This document shows positions 11,770 to 23,598 of a stretch of DNA of 64,000 nucleotides, piece after piece. Position 1 is the stretch's first letter. Every line of letters begins with the position of its first letter. The stretch comes from Epiperipatus broadwayi (Eukaryota > Animalia > Onychophora): positions 5,518,001 through 5,582,000 of the forward strand of contig JAQFVV010000007.1 in NCBI GenBank assembly GCA_028023455.1, read 5' to 3'. The position numbers and the translations under genes were made by a program. The notes below the pieces were generated by a model. It was not told the DNA's origin, made no database searches, and worked only from the letters and a program-made list of their open reading frames with translations.

Positions 11770-14700
11770 CATAATCATTCGATATATATATCCACGTCTG
11801 CCTTAAAGCAGATAAGGTATATACATTGACATTTATATATGTATTAAACAATTACTGTGTGTATACAAACAGAACAATACTTATATTTTTAAATGGGATA
11901 TGTTGAATTATTTTCTTATTTTTTGATGTTTGTTGCTATTTTTGAATAGTTCCGGTAACTGAAATATTATAGAGAGAAAAAAGAATAATACAGCCAATAA
12001 AATAAATTGATTTAAAATATATTTTTAATATCTGAAAATTGTTGAAAGATTTTAAGAAAGAAACTTATAATTTTTAGTATCATAAAAATTATTTATAAAC
12101 GATGTTTTTGTTAGTTGTATATGAACTAAATGTTGAATACAAATATTTTATACGTTTAAAAGAATGTATAATTTGAACAGATTTTTAATCTTAAATCTTT
12201 TATAGAAAGAATAAGAGTAATAAAAAAAGTTTACGAAATGTAATATTTGATTAAATATTTTATTTTAAATGTGTTGAAAACAAAAGAATATAATGTTTTT
12301 ATACGTAATTTATTTAAGATTTGAATGTTGACAAAAATAAACCTGTGGGCCAATGAAATAATAGTCATTGTCTTTCTTATTATTATATTTATGATTATTC
12401 ATGTATTGTTTGAGATGAATAAATATATATGTATTTAGGATCAATCTTTTGATATTAAAGAAATAAAATCATATTTTAAAAAAATGAATAAGAAAATTAA
12501 ATAATACTTTTTGCTAAGCTAAAATTTATTTCGTAATTTTAAAAAAAAAATTGCAATATCATTGTTTCCCTGATCATTTCATTTTAATGCTATTTTATTA
12601 TCATGAATATATTCTTATCCAACAGGATGAATGGAAAATGTGTAAGGAATTCCTTATTTTCTAAATTTCTATTGTAAAATAGAGCTTTATGTTAAAATAT
12701 TTTATCCTGGATAACTGCTGTGGAACAGAATATTGATTTTTTCAATATTAATCTTGAGATTTTCTGATTACCCATTGCCGTTTATTAAAATTTCTTCATT
12801 TTTTTAATCAGTGACTAGCATTGTTTAGTGCAATGGTAGGGTGATTTTCATGGACCACAGCGCCATTTTATCACTTCTGGTTCTCAAACGTCTTGTGAAT
12901 TAATTAAATCATAAAATATTTGATTATTATTACTATATATTAGTATACTGTCAAGAAATTTACATCTGTGCATATAGAGAATCTGACATTAATTCAGTAA
13001 CATGTTTAAATATGAAATGAAAACGAGTTATGGATTAAAAAGTCAATTATCAAGATTCAATGTGTCAATGGATGGCAGCAAATCCTATTTAACAATAGAA
13101 GTGACAGTGGTTAATCTATTTTGGGGTGTATATATAATAAAAGCAAAATTAAATATCTTAAGAGAAAATATGTCAATATTAAAATATAAAAATAAATTTA
13201 ATGCTGATATTTTAAATTTTATAAGTTTAAATTCAGTTGGTTCTATTACTTGTAAATTATATTCGAACATGTGTATTTTTGCTCTTAGAAAATTAGTGTT
13301 TTATGTAATGAATTTTAAATAATAGAAGAAAAATGTTTGGTGAATTATTAAATATATTAAGAAACTACAACAAAAACCTAATAATGTACAACTAGGCATG
13401 CTCTGGAATTTTAAGCACTATTACACAGTTGACTTTATATTAATTGATTGCCATGTGTTCACAGTAAGCTAAAAAGCAATTTTATCTTATAATACTTTTA
13501 TATTATATATAGTTTGCTTTACATATTAATGATAATATGTTGTTATACAATGAAACCATGATGTCAACTATATTTGGTTTCAAGCCTCCTTAACTTATAT
13601 ATAGTGGATAGTATCTTGTGTTTTTATAAACTTTACAAGATAAAATGTACTGTTTACTATACTGTATTTTAAATATATAACATTCAAATGCTCTTACTTG
13701 TATAGAATATGTATATAAACAGTTTTCTTAAAAATTATGCTGTTTTTAATAAGAAACACAGAGAAATCATATATATATGTAATATATATGTAAATGTAAA
13801 AGTATAATACCCATTATAAAAAATATTATATGTAATATATTATAACGATCGAAATGAAAGTGAAGATCGAATCTAACCGCAAAACCAATATCTGCTCTAC
13901 AAGGCGCCATCTAGGCATTTAAACCTAGAAAAATTTATAGAGTAGGCAGATACGCGCTGTTAAGATTCCACTTTATTTAAATATTCCGATCGTTAGCCCA
14001 AGTCACTAGCTCAGCGGAGACGCAGAGATAAAAATCTATATCTTAATTTATATCTTAAATATCAATAAATAAAAGCCACTGCCAGAAATTAACACATAAA
14101 AATATTTATTTACGCACATATAAAATAACATTTAAATTCGAGGAATAAGTTTAACCTTTGGATTTTTATATTAACTTGTAAATTTACATTTAAAAAGATT
14201 TCAATAAGTTTAATTTTTATTTAGTGAGTCGAGTATGAATAGACTATATAGGTCTGCATTTGAAAAGAAAATATTCTTTCCCATATTTAACCTTAGGCCA
14301 AAAGTTCGTAGCCAAAACGGCGCCAATCCATCTGATACATTTATGTATTCAATGTAGCATGAAAATACGACAACACAAAATACTGTACTGTCAGGAATGT
14401 CCATCTGAACAGTAAGTAGAATTAGAGAAGACATTGACTCTCCACCAACAGGAATGTTACATCTGTTGGCAAGTAGAACAATAAACAAAAAACTCCATAG
14501 GAATGGACTGCGGTCTTCTGCCGACTTACAAACCCATCCATAGGCAAACAGAAGGTGTGTGGCGTATATATGCAATCCTGCCTGAAGCGGATCTCATACT
14601 ACATCTACAATTACACAAATATATCCAATCCATTGAACCCATTCAACTACGAAATGAATAACCTAAGATTACCCTCCCTTAATATAACTTTACAAAACTA

Positions 14701-16620
14701 TATAGCCATTCACGCCCGACTTAAATTTAACATTTAAATACGTTCGCAGATTATTTTTATAAATTTGCTTTTAAAATGTTGAGCATAGATCGGCTGCACA
14801 GATTCCACGGTCAAAAACATCCAAATTCAACACAATCGATCAAAATACAAAATCATCGATCACGTCAATTGCAAAGGGAATACACAAGGCTCCGTGGCAT
14901 TCATCGTAAGATGCCCGCATTAACCTCGTTGACCTATATATTCTAATCAAATGTGAAAACTTCAACATAATCAACCGCTAACGAACCTATGCAACGTCTA
15001 TACCCAACCTAAATTTTATCATTTAAAATTTAAACAATAAACAATTTATACAATAAGAAAGAAAAAAAATGGAAATGATTTTTATCAATCGGAAAACATA
15101 TAAAATTAAACATTATTAATTTGATTTAAAAACTTACAAGTCAGATAAAAGTCCGTTTTAACATTTAAGTTGGCTTGTTTATCAATTTGTAAAACTTGAC
15201 GAAAGTTCTTAATTGATTTTAACAATTGTTCATTTCATATAGCTTATGGTAGAAGAGTCCAGGTTTCTGCTTTTAATTCCCGCGACGCCTCCATTGGAAG
15301 ATAATGTTCTTGAGATGGCAATAGCTGGTTCAAGGTATCACAGTCTTTTCATTTTTCTTTTTAAATAGAGAGTGTGGTATGTGCATCCTACCGCATCACG
15401 CTGGAACTCAATATTTCTCTTTTTATAGTAAATCTCCAGATTGAATGAACAAAGACGTCACTAATCCAAATTTTCGTTCGGGTCCGGGCTGAGGCTTGGT
15501 GCTTCCATTGGTCAAGCTAAAATCACTTTATTCTCTTATCTAATTTACTCTCTGACTTTTTAATTAGACAGCTTTTGGATAATTAATAAACAATCATTTC
15601 CATTTACAGATTACAGGAATTAATTAATACCTGTTTTTATTTTTACTTACGTTATTTCTTTTTTAAACTATTTTTATATTTAAATCTTTTTTTATAAAAA
15701 AAATACATTCAAATACCTTTTTTTTTATTTATTAAAAAAAAATATTTTTAAAATTTAGCATCTGTGCGAATATATACGTTTAACAAACATTTTAATTTTA
15801 GCATTTAGTTTTTTTCTTTTTAATACACTTATTTTATATGCGAACTTAAAAAGTTTTTATTTCAATTTAATGTAACGACATATTTATATATCGTTAAATA
15901 TCAGTAAACTTCCTCAAAAAAATAAAAACATTTAAAAAAAAAGAATTTACTTAGTGTTAGTAATTACGTTACACAAATTTGTTATATATGAAATTTCAAA
16001 AGGACAAAACTTTTTTTTTAAAAGACAAAACAGTAATTACAAATATAATGATAAAAAAAAAGTTGACTGATGATTCCTTACTACCAGCTAAATTTCTGCC
16101 CCCTCCCTTCCAAGTTTCTTTTCTTCAACTTTTAAGTATTATTTAGGCAAGTTAAACGATTAGATTTTAAACAAGACTTTTTTTAAAAAAAAAAAAATTA
16201 TGATTTATATTTATTAATTACGTTTTATTTATTAGTTTTTATTCCTCGAATTTATCTCTACATATGCGTAATTTTTCTTACTGGCAGTACCTTTAAGACC
16301 AAAAATTCAAACTGTAACTCCACGTCAATACAACAAATATATTTATACTAATTTCAGGAAAAATATTACGAGCATGATTCACTTTTAAAATTCTCAGGGC
16401 ACTCGTGATTTATTAAAGATAGAAAATTTCATCATCATCAATTCCCCTTCTCAGGGTCAATCTCTGAGGTAAGGCCACACTTGGGACGCCAATTATAACG
16501 ATCGAAATGTGATATATAAATATGTCGTTACAATATAAATAAATAACGGTAAAAAATATTATATTTTAATTTCTTTAGTAGCGCATTCAATTACGTAGTA
16601 ATCCTCGTAATATATATATA
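11770..16620. promoter_or_regulatory. CpG-retaining (putatively unmethylated) promoter/regulatory zone
   Basis: CG dinucleotides are common here but nearly absent in flanking DNA and old TEs. Contains a YY1-like CGCCATTTT (~12861), a CRE-like GACGTCA (~15454), a CCAAT box (~15506) and splice-signal-flanked segments on both strands. Confidence 0.55.
13903..13915 (-). promoter_or_regulatory. CTCF-like core motif
   Basis: Minus strand reads CCTAGATGGCGCC, resembling the CTCF core YAGRTGGCGC, inside the CpG-retaining zone. Motif match only. Confidence 0.3.
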
Positions 16621-18585
16621 TACACACATTTATTGAGTGTGTTCATTCATCTGCATTAATTCAAAAATGTCCAATGAAGTATCAGATATTTCATATAAAC
16701 TTGAATCTTTTGTGATTCAATTAAATAATGTCAACAAAAACATTTACTAGTTCAGGACTCCTATCCCTAAATTTATAACAAAAACTATTTCTTAATGGTT
16801 AGCTATTTTAGGGATGCAGATACCCATTACACAAATACACTTTTCTATTTTTTATTTTTCCAGTAGATAGTTCATTCTTTATAAAAAGTATGGCCTACTT
16901 CAAATATGATTTTATTCTTTCATTACAAATCAAAGATTTAATGTTGATATGTAGAAAAAATGTTTTATTAAATAAAAATACTTTTCTATATCAAACTTTT
17001 GAAGAAAAAAAGCAGAGATCTGTCTTACCTGATTTAATGGGGAAAATACAGTTAATAAATAAAAATGCACTAGATTTAGTGCTCCAAGAGACAAAAATGT
17101 GGATGCAACTATACTGTTAATGCACACTAATAAAATTGACTAGAGATATGTTCAGTCAAATCAAAAAGTGTATGAAAGAATTAATATTTTAAAAAATTGA
17201 ATTTAAAAGAGAAAGGTGTAGAAATTGAAACAGTGCACAAACATACAATTTTAGATCTGTATGCATGTATAAATCTCTGGGAAAATATAACATAGGAAAG
17301 TAAAAATGAAATGAAAATTAAGATCTAACATAGTTGAACTGTTCTTAAATAATGTTGAAGATAATCTTGCTTGAGAGTTGATTGATAATGAAAATAGAGA
17401 GCTTAAATCTAAAAATATGTTTTTTCAATTATGTAAATGACAGGAAATCAAAAATGTGATCTCACATTTTAAATGAGGATGGTCATTGATGATCATATTT
17501 TAGACAGTAATGAACAAAAAAACTTCTAAGCTGAAAATGTGACAATTTTGATGTTTGGACATTAACAAAGAATTTGAAAGATTAGGTGTTCACATGTTCA
17601 TTGACATTGCCTTGTGATAATCATGTAATCTATGATCAAAGAAGAAGTTAACCGTATATGATGAAATTTAGAATATTAATGAAAATAATAGCAAATGGGA
17701 CATGGTAATTTGGTAATCTATGATCTATTGGAATAGAAACACCTTCCAGCAATATACATTATAATGTTCTGAGTATTAATACGCAATTAGAAAGCTCATG
17801 ATTAATTTTGCCTAAATTAAATTTCCACATACAAATAGAAGTCCACCAAACACTGATGACCAAAGAAATACCTTTTGAAATCTCTATATAGGTATAGACT
17901 CACTACAGCATTTAAAAAAACAAAATTTAATACTAAAAGTGAATACTAAAATACGAGAATGTATCAATCACTTTTTCATGAAAACATATCAGAAAGAAAT
18001 CTTCCCTGATTTTGCTATTTTGACTGAAATCATATATAATTTGAATTACTGATTTTACTTTTTCAAGCCTATATAAAAATTACATATTAAGCTAGTTGTA
18101 CATCACAATATCTGAAAGTGATAATTAAGCCCAAATCCTAAGTAAAAATACGTGAATGAACTTCTACCTCAAAAGCTTTGCACAAATCAAGTCTAAACAA
18201 ACTAATGTTGCCGATGCAATTACTTAATTGTACATTGTGAAATGAAAAGCAGATTGTGCTAATTCTATCTTCTTTTTCATGAAGCCACACATATGAAGTT
18301 ATTAGTTTTATAATAACTAAGATGGATTTTAAAATACTTTCTGATCTGATTAATTAGGATTACTTATTTTTATTATTTCTTTATTACCATTTTACTATAA
18401 TTATTTGATATGTGCAATAAAAAATATTTTTAACAAGTACAATTATTTTGAAAAATTATATGAGGTTTGTTCTTTCAAAATTTTTCTTCAAAAATCATCT
18501 TTATTACCAAAATCCCACATTTCTTTATTTTGCTGTAATATCCTATAAATATAATTTATCCAAACCACTTTGAACACTTTTTAGA

Positions 18586-18725
18586 AAAACTCTTTATTTG
18601 TACATATATACATACACCTATATTGTCCTGTGTTTTTTTTTTTTTTTAAAGTGAACTGGCTCTGAAAAAGACTGCAGGACAGTTGAAACTTAGGTGTATG
18701 TATATATGTACAAATAAAGAGTTTT
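18586..18725. repeat. Small fold-back repeat with a hammerhead-like core
   Basis: Arms 18586-18630 and 18675-18725 are inverted. The plus strand 18662-18695 reads CTGAAAA-A-GACTG(CAGGA)CAGTT-GAAA-CTTAGGT, followed by AATAAA. Confidence 0.55.
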
Positions 18726-19857
18726 GCTATTGTGATTATGTATATATTCAATTACCAAAATACTAAATGTTTCCTATCTTGGTACTATATTATTTTTTTC
18801 AGTTTTCATAAATACATTAAATAAATTTTAACAAAAAATAATTTATTAGTTCAAATTAGGAAATCCTTTCTTTGGCAATTTGCAATGGAAAGGCCACATA
18901 TTATGTTCTGGAATGTGGCAAAAGGGAAGGTGGTCCTCAATTGTCATTGATAAAATTTTCTACCATTCAGTCAGTAGGTTAATCCAATACATTGAATGTG
19001 AATTTTACAGGATTATTAGCATACTATACTTAATTCTATGTTGTAAAAATTTATGGAATTAATTTCAGTGCATTCATTGTCACTAAGCACTTCACACTAC
19101 CAGTGATTCATAAAAATTTGGATTTTGCTTGACTTGTATTCTTTTTTATCTTGGACACATTGAAAGGTTCACATCTTAGAACATCTAACACAATTGTCAT
19201 ACTCCATTTATTTTTAAATGATTCTTCTGTAATGCATTGAGATCTCTTAGATTATTTAAATTTAAGTATTCTCATTAATATTTCTATCATAAATAAGTCA
19301 AAGGTGGTCAACCTTAATTAAAAACAAAATTACCTGATTTTACAACTTTCATACTACAGTTTATATACTCTCTTCTATACCATTTCAATTAAAGCATTCA
19401 TTCAATTTTGGCAGTATATATCAATTATGTGAAATAGATGAAAATATTCTAGATTAGTGGTACTGCCTTTGTTATTTGTGTAGTCAGTCATTATGCATCT
19501 GGTAAATCTTATGAGTGATCAATCATTTGAAACATTATGATGGTGATCCACGTATTAAAAATCATGTGATCACCTACTTATACAATTCATTCAGATTATA
19601 AGAACTTATAATTGATATAAAAAAAAGAAAACTATTGTAATTTATATATAAATTGCATTGGATATTAACAATAGTCTATTACTGCATTTGGCAGCTCTGT
19701 GCATTCAATATAATGTGTCAATAAATAATTATAACTTAACAAATAAACTAATTTGGTTTTAATGTTCACTTCATTCAAAAGATTATTATCATTATATTTA
19801 AGTTTAGAGAATAGAAAATAAATATACTTATAATATCCATTTTTTATAACAGGTAGG

Positions 19858-20803
19858 AATCACTAAACATCCCATGATCACTATGTCCTATGCTTACTCG
19901 AGCTGTTAAAACAGAGACAGTGCAAGCCAGAGTAATCAGTGAATGGCAAAATGACATATAAAATCCCTATCTGGTGTTTATTCATTCAATATCTCCAGAC
20001 TACTTTAAAGCTTGTTGCTTTCATTGGTGAGGAGCCTTAAATCTGAGTGTACTGCAGCTAGATCTTAATATCTAATGCAATCCTCCAGCAGTTTTCTTTT
20101 ACTTTTTCAATTAACTATAAAGCTATGAGACCAGAATGAAAACACAATAATGTTCTCAATCCAAGCTCATTTTCTTGTATAGACATATAGATCTGAAACC
20201 AGTTCAGAATCTATACATTTTGGTATCATTGATTTTTTAATAATCATATCCACCATCATCTTATGGGTGAGATTGGTATTAAACTATTAAACATCACATG
20301 ATTACTATTTCCTATTCATTGATTACTCTGGGTTGCACTATACTATAGAGAATTTTGCCTCTGTTTTAACAGCTTGTGTAAGCACAAGAAATAGTGATTG
20401 TGTAATGTTTAATGGTTTAATACCATTCTGCCCATAACATGATGGTAGCTATGGTTAGTGAATAACCAAAGACACCAAAATGTATAGATTCTGAACTGGT
20501 TTCAGACCTATATGACTATAAAGCAAATGAACTTGATTGAAATCATTACTGGGTTTTTATTTTGGACTCATAGCTTTATAGTTAACTAAAAAGTAAAAGA
20601 TGGCTGGGGAGGGTTGCATTAGATCATAAGATCTAGGTGCAGTACTCTCAGTTCCAAGACTACTCATTGATGAAAATCACAAGCTGGAAACTAGTCTAGG
20701 GATATTGAATAAGTAGGTACTAAATAGGAATTTTATGCATAAACCCTTCTTGCATCCATTGATTACTTTAGCTTGGTACTAGGTGGCACTACTATATGAA
20801 GAG
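19858..20803. mobile_element. Family A, ~950-bp head-to-head palindrome in which each arm is slightly more than one ~440-bp unit
   Basis: The minus arm 19858-20311 repeats aacatc(c/a)catgat(c/t)actat at 19866 and 20290. The plus arm 20312-20803 repeats cattgattact at 20317 and 20757 (period 440). Decayed hammerheads at 19991-20034 (-) and 20661-20704 (+). Confidence 0.8.
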
Positions 20804-21600
20804 ATTGAAGGGGAAAAAGTTATCTAAAAATCACTGTTACCAAGATTATTTTTTATTTGTGAATCCTCCCTTCATAAGTAGTAAAAACAGTACTTTATAA
20901 CTACAAATAAAAAATTGAAGATCCTAATGAAGAAATAAACATAGGAAGCAGTAAACATGTTTATACTAATCCAGTTGTCATATAAAGAAGAGCTTTGGCT
21001 GAAATTTTAAGTTAATCATTTAATAAAAGGATCTCAGATAATGAATTTTAGGTTGTTGGAATAGATTTGTGTTTTGGGTTAACTGTCCAAATATTTAAAT
21101 AGAAATATAATTATTTCATTTAGAATAAAAAACATATAATGCAAAATAACCATAGACAAAATAAATCAAAATGATATGAAAATATTAAGTTATTATCAAA
21201 GGTTATGTTCTAAAAATATGTCGATTAATATTTCAATTATTTTTGATCTTATGTACAAATATACCATATTTATAACTTTTATTTCTATCATTAAATGATT
21301 AAGGAATAATATTTTCTATTTACTTATGATTTGAGAAAATGAAAAGAATATTTAACATTATTAGTTATTTTACTATTAGCGATAAATCAATAATTAAACT
21401 TAAAGGAGTATCAAAATATTCATTTGTATGAGATCTGTATATTAACATTGGGCCATATGTTAAGATCAATATTTAATGCTTTCTTTTTTTAATACATAAA
21501 CTTACCCAACATTAATTCAATTGCTTGTTTCTAGATAATTCTTATAATTTTAAAAATTATTAAATTAACATATAATAACATTTCACTCTTTGTACACTTT

Positions 21601-21813
21601 GAAGCAAAATATATTTATTTATTCTTTACAGTTTCAACTGTTCCTAGCAGTCTTCATCAGATCTTATTCTGTACTGTCTCTTTCCTCCATCATTTTCTCT
21701 CTTCTAAAAAAATGAAAATGGTGGAGGAAAGAGAGAAAAAGTAGAAAATAAGATTTTATGAAGACTGCTAGGAACAATTGAATCTGTAAAGAATAAATAA
21801 ATATATTTTGCTT
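21601..21813. repeat. Fold-back repeat with a hammerhead-like core
   Basis: Arms ~21601-21700 and ~21714-21813 are inverted. The minus strand 21660-21627 reads CTGATGA-A-GACTG(CTAGGAA)CAGTT-GAAA-CTGTA, followed by AATAAA. Helix I is not evident. Confidence 0.6.
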
Positions 21814-23598
21814 TAAAATATTATTATATGTTATATAAAAAAGCAAAAATAAAGAAAGAAGAAAAAGTACTGGAAAATTATGAAATTACAAAACATATTC
21901 GGCTGCAAAACAATGATTGTTCTTCTATCTGATGACATTTAAAGATAATCATGAAATATTTTCCTTAACAAAGTTTGGGTTCTAGAAATTAAGTTCTATA
22001 TCTTGCTATTTTTTTCTGTTTTTGAAGAAGCCTCAAACTAATTTAGTTTAGATAAGTATAACGGCGGAATATTTGAATGACAAAAATATGTATTTTATAA
22101 AAAAGATAAAGTTCTCCAAATTTATTATGTATTATATTAAAAGAAATTAAATACAAAATGAAGTATAAAACAAAAATAATACTGATAAGGGATTGATGGC
22201 AGCAAAAATAATAATCTATCTTTATAGAAAGAAAAAATAATCATATTTACTGACTGCCATACTGGTAAAGACCTATACTATTTGAAAGATAAGATTCATT
22301 TTAAAGATTATAAATTCTAAAGACAGATTAAAGTTATAACCTTTTTAAACCAATTCATGCATCTGATATATTTATTATAATTCTTTTATCAAATGTGGTA
22401 TATTTTTTTATAAACTTTTTTTATTAATGTATTTTGCTTCAAAATGATAACTTTTAGCTCAGGAATACATCTAAGTAAAGTTTTATTTTATGGTTTTTTT
22501 AATTGAGCTTAATTTAAAAAAATATTTTATATAAAAATATAATAATATTACAAATTGATTTGTACAATGATACCAACATCTACTTATAAATATTTATATC
22601 CCGATAGATTTAGTAAGTTGAATAATTTTTTTGTAAACATTAATGCATGTATTGGTAAAACAGTAAATACATTTCAAAGTTATTGAAAATTATGATATTT
22701 GTGCTGAGAACTCAAATGGCTTTCTATTATTGAATACTTTGTCTAAAAAATTATGCATAAACTGCTTTGTCCCCAACTATGACTGGGCAGCCAGCAAACA
22801 AGAATACATAATTAATGTTAACAGACAACAACATATATAAATAGTATTAAAACAATTTATTTACAATTAAATAGTTACTAATCAAAACTTCCATATACAT
22901 ATAGTCCACACTTGTGCAAGCATAACTCTTAAAGTTAAATAATGAATATTGAATAAAATATTCCTACAGTTAAGGTAAGCAATGATGTAGTTTTCTGCAC
23001 AGTCTATAGGCTTTTAAACAAAACCCCCGACAAGCCTCTTAGGTGTTTCCAAAACAATAATGACCATAATTGTCTACTAAAAAGTCCTAATTGTCTTGGT
23101 TACCTACAGGAGCTGAGATCCTGGGAATGAAGTTCACTGATGATGATCTGCATTGCACTATAACTTGTGGAATCAGCAAACCCCAAAAGAGCCCATAATC
23201 CTTTTTCTCTAGCTTTTTATATCTCCCTTATTCTTTGATTTTCTTATCTTTTCTAGGATAATTTGACTTTTTCTTTAATCAGTTCTGCTAAATAATTTAT
23301 GTATTATTAGATTTAGAGATTGTTATTATACAGCAAAATTTATCTTAGCCTTTCAATTACGCATACTAATTCCACATTTAAGGGATTTATTTCTGTATAA
23401 TCTAATTTTTAAGATCTATACAATTAATTAATCTCCTAGAAATTTATTTTCATATATCTAAGTTTTAATATGATCTACACAATTAATATACACATGTCTC
23501 TATTCAAAAGCTTTTATTTTAAAACCTAGTTTAATTAAACATTTCATCAATTTTTTTTTTTAGCAACAATTTCTTAAAAATAAATTGAACATTTTACA

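Noticed and set aside
13990-14030. tRNA gene suggested by TAGCTCAGCGG
   Set aside because: A-box-like only; no B box or cloverleaf.
14210-14575. 121-aa minus-strand ORF as a single-exon gene
   Set aside because: It starts at TTG, has no recognisable homology, and contains internal splice signals that suggest part of it is intron.
15138-15290. In-frame TGA at 15237-15235 as a selenocysteine or readthrough codon
   Set aside because: A TAA lies three codons upstream, there is no selenoprotein motif, and no SECIS was identified.
16900-18250. Possible hAT-like transposase remnant
   Set aside because: Only a vague impression; no diagnostic motif or TIRs could be supported.
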